NCBI GenBank assembly: GCA_012026655.1
Contig: JAAILG010001242.1
Span: 1 to 64,000, forward strand
Length of the DNA: 64,000 nt
From: Hydrolagus affinis
Taxonomy: Eukaryota
Direction of reading: 5' to 3'
A program made the translations under genes and the position numbers. The notes under the pieces were generated by a model, which saw only the letters and a list, made by a program, of their open reading frames with translations, was not told the origin of the DNA and searched no databases. Shown here piece after piece: positions 24,901 to 36,278 of this stretch (position 1 is the stretch's first letter; each line of letters starts with the position of its first letter).

Positions 24901-25030
24901 AAATAATAATAATAATCCTTGCATTTGATATAATGTTTTTCACACCTTCTGGATGTTTCAAAGCACTTCACAGAATATACTCTAAAGTGAATTGATTGTA
25001 TATTTGTGGGTGAAACGTTGCAGCCAATAA
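24901..25030 (-). mobile_element. Deu-type SINE 3' fragment
   Basis: (AAT)n CCTTGCATTTGATA...GTGAATTGATTGTATATTTGTGGG...CAGCCAAT. Confidence 0.82.
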
Positions 25031-26174
25031 ACTTTCGTGGACTACAAGTTTAGTAACTAAATTGTTATTGTTTTTTGAGGGATTACCTACAGGACTCCAA
25101 TATTTTGGGGGTACAAAATACCCCAATAAGACAACTGTGTATAAATAAGTTAATTTCTTTGCTAACCTTTTTAAACATAATGAAATGTAGTATCTCTTTG
25201 CTCATGACTAATATAATTTTGTATTATGGAAGTGATATGCCGTCATTTCCAGCGGTGGAGCAATTCCGAATAGGGAAACGTATTTATATTTCCCCCACCA
25301 AATTGTCCTTGCCAACGTTGCAATGTGATTCAAGAGGCATAAGTACAATCGGCTCTCCATTATTGTTAAAAGCCAGGACTAATCAGTGAACTAACAATTG
25401 GGTTGTCAGCATTCCTCCATTCCCCAAGGATGTCCTAAAATTAATATATAGCAGACCTGAAGGGCAAGATTCAACCATTTAAAAAAAGAGAGAGAGCAAA
25501 CACTTATGGTCAGCACAACGTGAGTTGAAAGGAAACCCAAAAGATTTGAATCACTTCACTTGTTCCAGCAGGATCATTCAGAACAGGAAGCTGTGTCCAA
25601 TAAAGCAAAGTGATCTAGGCTTCGGAGAATGGCCGAGTGGAAAAAAGGACTGAAAATGAGTGAAGACGAGTCCAGAGCCTTCGGGTATCCCCCCCATTGT
25701 GAAAGGCGCTATACGAATGTAATTTGTTGTTGTTGAAAAAGAGCTGAGAATTGAAACCATCCAACCAAGTCTGAAAGTGAGCAGCCAGGGCTGGGAATGT
25801 AGACCAATTTTCTCTTGACCCCCCCCCACGTGATGTTCTGATTTGTTTGACTGTTTGTACACTATTACTGACACTATTCTAGAATTGTGAATTCGGGACA
25901 GTTACATGATACCATATTTAAAACATTAATGGATATATCCGTCAGGACCCTGGGTAATTTTAGCATTAAAATAATCTTCAAAAACACAATTATGATGTTG
26001 AAAACAATAGAAAATGCAAGGGGTTATTTGCACAGCAACAAAGTCCATGTCAATGTTGGCAAAATGCAAAAAAAAAACCTTCACTGGTGCAGACAACAGT
26101 GAAAGAGAGAAAACAAATTCTTACAAATATTGTGAACAAATAACAACTGACAAGCCCCACACATAGTCTATGAT

Positions 26175-26345
26175 GACACTCCAATGCAGTGCTGGGGGGT
26201 GGGTGTTCCATTGTTGGAGGTGCCATCCTTCGGATGAATTGTTAAATCAAGGTTCCATTTGCCTTTTAGATGGATGTTAAAGATCCCATAGCACTATTCA
26301 AAAAGAGAAGGGCATTTCTCTTGGTGTCCCATTTGTCAATCCCCC
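26175..26345 (+). mobile_element. Ancient Deu-domain core (AmnSINE1/SacSINE1-like)
   Basis: GGAGGTGCCATCCTTCGGATGAATTGTTAAATCAAGG...GATGGATGTTAAAGATCCCATAGCACTATTC matches the recalled Deu core; this segment is missing from the young SINE copies here. Confidence 0.65.
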
Positions 26346-27779
26346 AAATAAATATAGTAATTCAATCCATGACTGTTGGTAGGCCATTGGTAGGCCATTT
26401 TAAGACATCTCAGTGGCATAATAAGGCACAGATAAGCAGGAATGAAAGTTATGGAGCTGAAAGCTTTTACCATTGGAAGTAAACTGCAATAAAATGACGA
26501 AAAACTTACCCTCTTACTGTGCTATTTGAGCAAGCCTCCTGGTTGAATAACTAAGAAGCAACATTTAGAATCTCCATAGAAATGTCTTGATTTGAACCAC
26601 TCAGTCGTCTTAACAGACCAATATTGCTTGAATATTGAATAGGAAAGGAGCATCAAAAAAGATTCTGCACTTTTTTCTTCTCTGGTACCAAAGATTGACT
26701 TCAGTTGAGCCAGCGTATCCACATGCTTTTAAGATTCTGAATCTTCCAAGTAGATCATCCAGAGGTTATAAAGGATTTTTATAGCTGAACATAGCTATTT
26801 TGATGTTCCATTTTTTTTCTTCACACAGGCGTTAAATTGTAATGTTAAATGTCATGTGAAATGTGTCATTTTAAAACTGCCCTTTAAGTAACTGTACAAA
26901 AAGAGAATAATTACGTTTGTAGAGATGTTTAAATTAAATAGGGTTGTAAAAGTTGATTTGCGAATTCAATTGTTACTTGTACTTTATCTTTTAAATAAAG
27001 TAAATTAAATCCAGAAGCTGAGATTTCATTTTTTAAGCAGGTGATGGAAGCTGAAAATTTGCCTCGGATATCCTGTTCATTTCCACTTTAATGACTGAGC
27101 TTTAGTCCATTTCCTTCTTCCAACAACAATATTGATTTACAACAGACTGCTGTGCAGAACTGATCATAAATCCAAACAATCTTACAAATGGAAGGAAAAC
27201 TCAATTTCATAACGGAATAGAATGCTGAAATAATATGAAAAGTTAACAATTGGTTATCAAATTCTCCTCAAGGTGGCAATAATAATAGTGGTCTTTGAAT
27301 TTGATGATAGTTTATTTCCCTCACAGTCACACTCTTTAACTCTTCCCACATTATCGTCATGTACAATCTGTTGGATTCTAACCTATGTCTGCCATCCTGT
27401 GGTATAACATACAATCCACTGCTACTTGCATAAAATGGATTATAAATAAAGCTAATGCACATCACTTTAAAGTTTTCCTTTGGTCTATAAATGCTACTGT
27501 AGCCTTCTACAAAAAATATGTATTTGCAACTACAATGCAAAGAGATTGCCTAGAGGCTATGTTGCTGTGCTGAGGAGACTTCTGGTGACTTTCTTGCGAA
27601 ATACAGGACTACCGCTGCAGTAATTTATTTTTTGGACTGCCTTCACGAGGAATTAATGCACAGACTTCAGCATGCCATGCAAGGAGGGGTTATTTGGCCT
27701 AGACCTAAAAATAAACTAATATTGGGATGCATAAAGTTAATTAATGTATTTCTTTTTCTTGTTTTTGCCTCCTTTGTAG

Positions 27780-27899
27780 AATCCGTCTATGACCTACTAC
27801 CAATACAGCTTCAGCTTCCAGCAAGTAAGACAAGTGTTGAATCGATGAGTCAGAAAAGTGGTGGTGAGGCAGGCTCTCCCTCAGCTGCAGTCGCCGCTG
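27780..27899 (+). CDS. NFAT5: NFAT5 coding exon (first visible): ESVYDLLPIQLQLPASKTSVESMSQKSGGEAGSPSAAVAA
   Basis: Long pyrimidine tract + TAG acceptor, GTATGC donor, 120 nt, phase 1-1; matches recalled human ESVYDLLPKELQLP...SGGEAGSP. Confidence 0.93.
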
Positions 27900-29934
27900 G
27901 TATGCAGGTCTATTCAACTCCTTTTCTTCTTTAACTGTAGATATGATTGCTTGACAGAGGCTCAGGAGTCAAGCAGAATTACTCAGATTCTGACTGAATT
28001 ATTTCATATAATCACTGGTTATTGTAGTTACCAACATTATCGTTCTGGGAACTGGTATAATTAAAGATAATGTGTTGAAAGTAAAAAAAAGTACAGCATC
28101 AAAATTACTCGGTCCTTGGATTATGGAATCCTTCCAATGTTTATAATTATCATACACTGCTATTTTTAAAATTGCTATTTACAGGTACAATTGGTGCAAA
28201 ATTACAAATACAAATATAATTATTCATGGACACTAAACTGAAATTTGTTTCAATATTTGAAAATATTGAAAAAGAATTCTTGGTAAATATTTTTGTACTC
28301 TGCTTTTATTTATTCTTAATAACAAATTAATAATAAATAAATTACTCTTAATAACAAATAACATTTCCAGGGAACTTGAATGTCTCTTAAAAATGAAATG
28401 TTTGTGTTATGTTAACATGCCTTGTTCCCTAGGCACGAGAAAAATAGTGGATTGATAACTCCCAGATGAATAGAATCAATCATTTTATAGTAAAGCCTGA
28501 CTTGAAAGATCTATTAAAAAAAAACATTTCCAAATGAATTGTTTATTTCATTCATTAATTAAGTTTGAGATTTGTTTTCAGCACATACTTGTCCAGAATT
28601 TACAAATGTGTTCAGGTTTCGGGCAAACATATACAGATCCACATTATCCTGTGGTGTGGTCATTTTCCATTTACTTTAATGCTACTAGATTGCTGAAATG
28701 AGCAATTATAATTTGTAAATATTCATGCAGCAAAATAATAAATACTGCAGTGGGGAAATTCTATAATAGTCCTGTAATCCTATCTCAGAGAGTGATTCAA
28801 GTTCTAATAGGTGGGTTTTGAGCAAAAGGTCAAATGCAGTAAGAAATAACAATGCCCACAAGTTTTTTACTTCCGTCATTTTTGTTAATGTAATTTTATT
28901 GCAGAAATATTTTTTGAAAAATGTAAATTGCAAATGCAAAGAGGTTGTGAAGTAATTGCATAACCTTTTCAGCATTGAATAGCAAGTGGCATGTTTTCTG
29001 AGCCGCTTTTTAACTATCTTTATCTGTATAATCCATCAGATAGGGCAGCAAAACCGTTGTGCATGTAGAGTGCACTGTAGAGTGCAGACATTTCAACTTT
29101 GAAACAGTCATTAAAGTACATTTAAATGCTTAGTTCACTAAATGAGCAGCTTTTGATTGAATGCAGGATAACAGATCAGAGAGAAGTTAATGATCTGGAT
29201 CCATTGACCTAGCTCTGCAGTCCAAGCGAAACAGAGGTGATTTATTATCACCTGTCCTCCTGTGCCCCATTTATATTGGACTTTTAGCATTGATTCAGCA
29301 TGAAAATGGCCGTTGAATTTCTGCTACAAATGCAGCGTAAAAGTGTTTCAGACACACAATCTTAAATTGATTTACATTTCACAACAGCTGATTAAATGAC
29401 TTTGGAATTTTCAATTAGTGTCGAAAACAACTTACTCCAGTTCAAAGATTGCCTTGGATTAAGATAACATTTTATTAGGAACCATTCCAGTAACATGCAC
29501 ACCAATATCCCAATATGTTTTACACTCAGCAATCCAAAGCCTCACACTGGATGTATTTTCATGAATATAGGTGCAAGTAGCCACGATAAAACTGTTCTGT
29601 ATGCTCTTAATCAATCTGAAACTAGAAACACCATTGCATCACTTCCAGCAATACAAATAGGACAGTGGTAATGTAACTAGCGTGAAGAGATGCTGTAGAT
29701 ACCACCTTAAAGTTGACTCCGACTGAGGTGGCAAATGGCACCAGGAAGAATGTATGACTGCCTCCAAAATATCCAAGAATCAAGGCGGTTTTGAACCTTT
29801 CATCTGATTTTTACAAGTACAGTACTGTATTTAGGGAATTCAAGAACCATGGGCAAAGTCATAATATAATTGGCTCCAATGGATGTTAACATATCAATCT
29901 ACAAGCAATAACAGTTTTTAAAGATTTACAAAAA

Positions 29935-30150
29935 ATGTACAGAACAGAAACGGCCCACTTGGTCCAATCTGTCTATGCCTGCCGGTGTTTATACACCACA
30001 TAAATCTCCACCCAGCCCTTACTCCGTCGCGTACCTTTCTGTTCCCATTTCCCTCATGTGAAGGTGTAACTTCCTCTTGAATGCATATTATCTGATTCAA
30101 CCACTACTTCGGGAACATGTTCTACAATCTCACTATCCTCTGTCTAAAAG
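29935..30150 (-). mobile_element. Diverged CR1-like LINE 3' fragment
   Basis: ACAGAAACGGCCCACTTGGTCC resembles the reverse complement of the CR1 end at 21870; AACCACTACTTCGGG...TTCTACAATCTCACTATCCTCTG also CR1-like. Confidence 0.5.
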
Positions 30151-32089
30151 TACTATCTCCTAAATTATTTTCAAAAGCCTCCAGGTGCTATCAATTATTT
30201 TGATCCCCAGTTCTGTCCAGAAAGTCCAATTTTTTTTAGGATAGTTTAAAAACAAATACATTTCTGCTGTCACAAGGAAGCCGAACAAGTAATCACGCCT
30301 TGATCCTGATGGGAAAAGTTGGCATTGATTACCTATTTGCTGTTGCCTAGGCAAGATGTTCTCTAACTGTCACATTTCTACACGAGAAATACAAGTTAAT
30401 ATATTCAGGTTGACCCTCTTCAGAACTACATTATAGCCGAAGATAGACAAAAATATGTGGGGGCTGTCTAGGGGGAACATGGTGATCTGGATATGTTTTA
30501 TGAGTGACTGTTCTCTCTCCTTAAGAGTAGGTGATCTGAGCCTCGTAATGGCCAGGGAAGAGAACTGCTGAGAGCAGTCATGTCCTTGTCCTGGGAACCT
30601 TCATCACCAGAGTTACCTACTCGGAAATGGCATTAATTGAAGTGGAATTCCGGTGGGGCTAGGATTCCAGTGTCAAAAGAAAAAATGGCTGCTTGGAGGG
30701 AGAAGGGTTCAAATTGTGAAAAGGGAGCTGTAAAAAGTCAAAAATGTTTTTAAAATAAAAAATCCGATAAAAGGCAGCTAAACTGTGAATGACTAACTGG
30801 TATGGAGACTTCCAATTGGAATTTTAATAACTAGATTAATGAATAACCTGCTAATGAGCACTAATGTGAGGTGGGCATAAAAAAAATTGAGCAATGAACA
30901 AATATAGAAATGCAACATGCATACATGATGAACAAAACTCAAAATACCAATCCTTGAAGGTCAGATATTATATTTTCTCATCTTCTCTCATTCCTCTTCT
31001 TCCCCCCACCCTACCAAAAACAGTTTAGGTATGGATCTGATGCATTGCTATTTTACTCCAGACCTAAACATCATTTGACTTAGAATGTATCTGGATTAAA
31101 ACTCAACTGTACATTACAAAGCTGTGTGTGGTCATGAGCGAGACATATTCCTGCATGTTATTAATGTGTTTAGCTGGATCAATTAATAGAACTTGGCTAT
31201 TGCTGTTCACATATAAGATTTTCTGTATATCTGAAAACAATCAATTGATAACTGACTTCTGGATTTGATTGCAAGTGCTTTTTAATTTTTTAATGAACCT
31301 TTGGTAAGTTATTTCAATGGATCAATTATTGTTAGTGTTCTGTGATTGCTTAATCATGCAGAGGGCCATAAATACCTATTTTCTATTGAGAATATTAAGT
31401 GAAGAAACTTAGTAACAAATGAAGTCCTGTTAGAAGATGCACAAATACATTGAGTCATTGTGCAGAGTTTATTGTGCTGTCCTCTTCACTTCTAGTTCCT
31501 AAATCTGTGACCAACAGGAACGAGGGGAACGTCTGTGTGTCAGTACCCCTATACAACTGCACAACAAGTCTCAATCCTTTTGTTAAAAACAAAACAAATG
31601 TATGGATTGATTCAAATGTAACTTTAAATAAAATAAAGATAAAGTTCACAAAGCAGTATGTATGAAGAAGGAGCTCCTGGAGCTCATTCAATCTTATCCC
31701 TCCAGAATAAGAACCCTGTCATATTCCCATTTATAGCATTAATCTGTTATATAATTTATAATATTGTGTAGCACTACAATTTTATGTGTGCTAAGAATAC
31801 TTATTTTGAAATTGCAGGCACAATTTCAGAATTTTGTGCGCATTGTATTTTTCCAATAGTAAGACAAACCCTCAAATTATTATGGTTATATCTGGAGGAA
31901 ATTGTAAAAATTCTCATTACCCATTTCTAACTGTTCATTATTAATACCTACCTTTGTGCAAGTGGCTGGAAAAAAGAACAATTGTGTGCATGTGTAAGAA
32001 TGGCAAAATTGCATGCATGTGCCAATGTTACCAAGCCCACAATTAAACTGTACTTTTCAGCAAAATCTCATCTCTACGAACCTTATGTG

Positions 32090-32296
32090 TAATAATAATC
32101 CCTCCCCAAAAAACAACAATAATAAAAATTGGTCATTTCAATCCACAACTGTTTGTGGGACACTGTTGTGCTCAATTGGCTGCCGCATTTCACCCACAAA
32201 TATACAGCCAATTCACTTTACAGTATATTCTATGAAGTGCTTTGAGACTTCGATAAGAAGTGAAAAGCGCTAGATCAAATTCAAGGATTATTATTA
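32090..32296 (+). mobile_element. Deu-type SINE, 5'-truncated
   Basis: Same body and tail as 12493 from AATAATAATCCCTCCCC onward. Confidence 0.88.
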
Positions 32297-34452
32297 TATA
32301 AGCACATGTGCACATCTAGCCTTTTTTGTTTGTTTTTCTTACATTCTTTGCTTAGTCTGGGAATATTAGGTAAGTAACAAATTTGCAGAAACTCAGAAAA
32401 ACTTTCTTTAGCTATTCTGACATTTAAAACTTTCTAGTTTTTTCCTAAGCAAAAGAATGAATCAAGACTGTTTGTACAATCATAAAGTTGGTTTGCAGCC
32501 ACGTTTATCTTCTTGACTGTACTCAATAGATGTCTGTTAGGTAAACGTAATTTCAAACGTAATTTTCTATTAGATGGTAGTTTCATAATAATATTTCTGA
32601 AAATATATCATTCATTCTATTTTTGCTAAGGTTAGGTCATTTTTTCAATAAATATTTAATCAAAGAATGTCACTTTAGGTCACTTTTAAGAACCTTTTTA
32701 AAAAATTGTTCTTTTAATCAATCAAACCTATTGATGAAGTGGTTCAGGAATTTTACCCCAAGCGGCCTACTAGAATTTATTCCCATTTGTATTCACCCCC
32801 AAAACATTACTCCCTATGTTTTATACATCTCCTTTCCAGTAGTGGAGTGTGTTGAGTCCCGGCTCCATTGTGTAGATTTCTGTAGAGTTTTCTATGTAGA
32901 ATACAGAATCCCTTCATCAATGTGACTTTTATTTTATGTGCTTTGAAAGTCCTCAACAGTGTCCTTCAACAACAGTGAAGTCCACATCCCTCAGCAGTAA
33001 AAAGTCTTAAACTTCAAACAAGGGACACTCAATTTGTCTTATTTGTTGTATCTCTGAAGGGGTCCATTGAGAACATGTTATGTGGAACAGCCAACACCTA
33101 TTTGGGGAGTCTGTTCTCTTACAAGGCTCTCTCATTTTCTTAATGTGAGTGCTTTCTTTACCTCCAGCAGTGCACAAAAGGTGCTTTATACGCTGAAGAA
33201 AGAATGATCATCTACTTTGGAATGTCTTCATTCTTTGAATAGAGGGTATTCTTCACACAGTGTGAAACCAGCCATCTATTTCTTCATGTCCTTGGATGGA
33301 GTGAGTTTTAGGGTCCTTTTTTTTTTCTTTCCAGGCATCTGCAGGAAACATCGGCAATTGTTCCTTGTGTTTCTACTTATAAAATACTTTCTTTCTCGTG
33401 TCAGTACCCATCATGTGTGGAGGAAACCTTCCATTCAAATAATGAAGAAGACCCATCGAGGTTCATAATCTTTCTTAACAAGAAATCTATCCTTCAAATC
33501 TTATCAAAAACGTCACTGCAAATAAACTAAGAATACCCAAGTATACATTCTGCATTTAACAAATGCAGACCTCCGAAAATGCAATTGAACTGGCTCAAAA
33601 TTGCTACTTTTTAAATATTTAATGTGAAACATTGATTGTTGTTAAAATTTGGGGCTAATTTTATAATGAATCCTATTCAATTGATCAATCAGTTTCCTCG
33701 AGTAGATTGATTCCTGATGATATGAAACCTGTGTTTATAAGCATAAGTTTGGGTCTAACAATTAATCATTTATGAATATACTATCATATCAACAATCTTA
33801 CTTCAAAACAGGTAAAAATTAATTGCCTGGAGAATACAGATTTGCAGATTAAATGCTACGTTTCCTTTGACAATTTAAATAAAGTGCTTAAATGACTACT
33901 AATATAATATTGTACTACAAACACAAAAGATAATATTTACAGATAATTGAACAAAAATGTTTTTTCAATGTAATAGTCATTTCATTTACAATCCTTTGCA
34001 GATGTAGCAGGTAACCTTGCACAATCAGTAAAGAATAATCTTTAGGGATCTTTTCAGTTGAAGAATGATTTGGTCTCAGCATCGTCTGTGACGATGAGAT
34101 ATCAGATGCCCTATTGATGTTGTGGCCAATTCAAAATTGAGAAAGAACGGTTTCGACATGAATGCATATTATCACAGCAATAAATTGCATTGAAATCCCC
34201 TTTCACGTCACGATGAACTTCTTATTAGGAACCTGTTACAATCAATTAATTAATTTAAAATGAAGACAACATAATTTTTATTTTACAACTTAATTTTATT
34301 AATAAAATAAAATTATGTTTCATAATATGCATTCTGTGATCTCACCCAAGTTTACCCCAACCCCCTCTCATATATGCAGTGAGCAAGCATGCCAAACAGT
34401 GGCATACATTCCACTGTTTGAAATTGAGGGGTGTGGAAGGTTGGTCTAATTT

Positions 34453-34761
34453 GTGGGGTTCTGTAGCTCAGTGGTTAGAGCACTCGTCTTGCAAGCGAGA
34501 GACCTGGGTTCAATTCCAGGCAGGGTGAAACACTGGGCAAGTTTCCTTACTCCACACACCTAATAATAATAACAATAATCCATAAAAAAAATCAATTTGT
34601 CACTTCAATCCATGACTGATTGTGGGACTGCTGTGTGCAACTGGCTGCCGCTTACGCCAGCAATAAACAGTCAATTCACTTTACAGCATATTCTGTGAAG
34701 CGCTTTGAGACGTCTAGAAAACGGGAAAAGCACTATATCAAATGCAAGGATTATTATTATT
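34453..34761 (+). mobile_element. Full-length tRNA-derived Deu-type SINE
   Basis: A box TAGCTCAGTGGTTAGAGC, B box GGTTCAATTCC, tail AAATGCAAGG(ATT)n. Confidence 0.92.
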
Positions 34762-35734
34762 AATTTACATTGACATTAATCAACCATCGTTTGTCAAGGA
34801 ATTGCTGAACAGTTTGCTATTTTTAGTGATCAGTATATGAGATTTTAATTTTCTTGAAGTTCACAGGGTTAATTAGTTTTTTTTTAAAATAGAGTTTTTT
34901 TAGCTATAATTTGGGGAGATTGGGGTAACGGAAAGTCAAAAAACAAATTTGGTACCAGTGTTTCATAATATGCGTTCTGTGATCTCACCCAAGTCCACCC
35001 CAACCCCTCTCATACATGCAGTGAGCAAGCATTTTCAGAATAACAATTTGCAACTGTTTTAAAGGTTTATATCAAATAGGAATGGAATTATGACTTGGTG
35101 CATTCTCCTTCCAGTGCACTGTACAAGGTCATTTCTTAGTCTTTTCTCATCTTTCTTGACCAATTACCTATGGATACTGCATCTCAAGGATGTGTCCCCA
35201 AAGGAATTAACACCTCTGGCTTTTTTTAGCAACAGTCGAGAATGGATCACTGCTTGCTGGAGAAAAAAGAGATGAGAATTTAATGAGGCACTGGTACCAT
35301 TTCTGTTTATTTATCCATTCAGACTTCAAAAGCTTCTTGATTATAGTTTTGAAGTCCATCTTCTCAATTTATTTTAACTCTAAGATTTTACCTCTGAAGT
35401 TTGGCAACACAGTTTGCTGTTGATTGCTTCAAACTTCAGAATTTTTGGCTTTGGCTTTTGCAGATCCAGTTACTATGAACTACAATTTTTTTCATATTTT
35501 TAAAAATCTGATTATTACCTTGCAGGGTATCTTTTCAGTCTTTTTTCTTCCCTCCTTCCCTCGTAGAAAAGCATCCGACAATCTGTGACCCCTTTTCACT
35601 TTTTGGGACTTGGTTAAGCCTTGGAATAAAAAAAAATTAGAAACCTTATAAAACAATAAAAGGGAACACAATTGGACAATGCTAGCCAGCTCACATTGAA
35701 ATGTGTATTTACATTTGGATTGTACATACTACAG

Positions 35735-36278
35735 ATGCCTCCTCCAGCGGTGGTCAAAGCAGCACCTTCACCACATCTTCCAATCCTAGCATGCATTCTA
35801 CCTCAGTAACTGACAGCACATCTATGCAAGTAGATAGCTGCACTCCAGAACAGGGGGTAAGTAGCCAAGGGGTAAGTGAATTACTGAACTATGAAAATCA
35901 GTTAAGTAATGCCCCACAGCTGCAGTCTACACCCAAAAGGAGAACAGTCCTCAACATCTCACCACCCCCCGAAGACTTGCTGGATGACAGCAGGATGTCT
36001 TGTCAGAATGAGGCAGGTGACTCTGAGCAAAGCAGTAATATCTGGATGGATGACTCTGGCTCCAACTTCAGCATCATGAGTTCCAGTTCTTACAATGACA
36101 ATACAACAGTGCCCCGAAAATCGCGGAAACGCTCACCCAAACAACGCCCTGGCTTTGTGCCCGAGGGTGACGAAGATACAAATATGGATGTATTTGATGC
36201 AGACAGTGCAAAAGGACCCCATTATGTACTTTCTCAACTCGGCTCAGAAGGCAAAAGCAGCTCAAAGGGAAGCAATGG
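35735..36278 (+). CDS. NFAT5: NFAT5 coding exon: N-terminal regulatory region with auxiliary export domain and NLS ([27 protein letters not shown]...[13 protein letters not shown])
   Basis: CAG acceptor; 544 nt; GG|GTTGGT donor gives the phase 2 required by the next exon; strong match to NFAT5. Confidence 0.95.
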
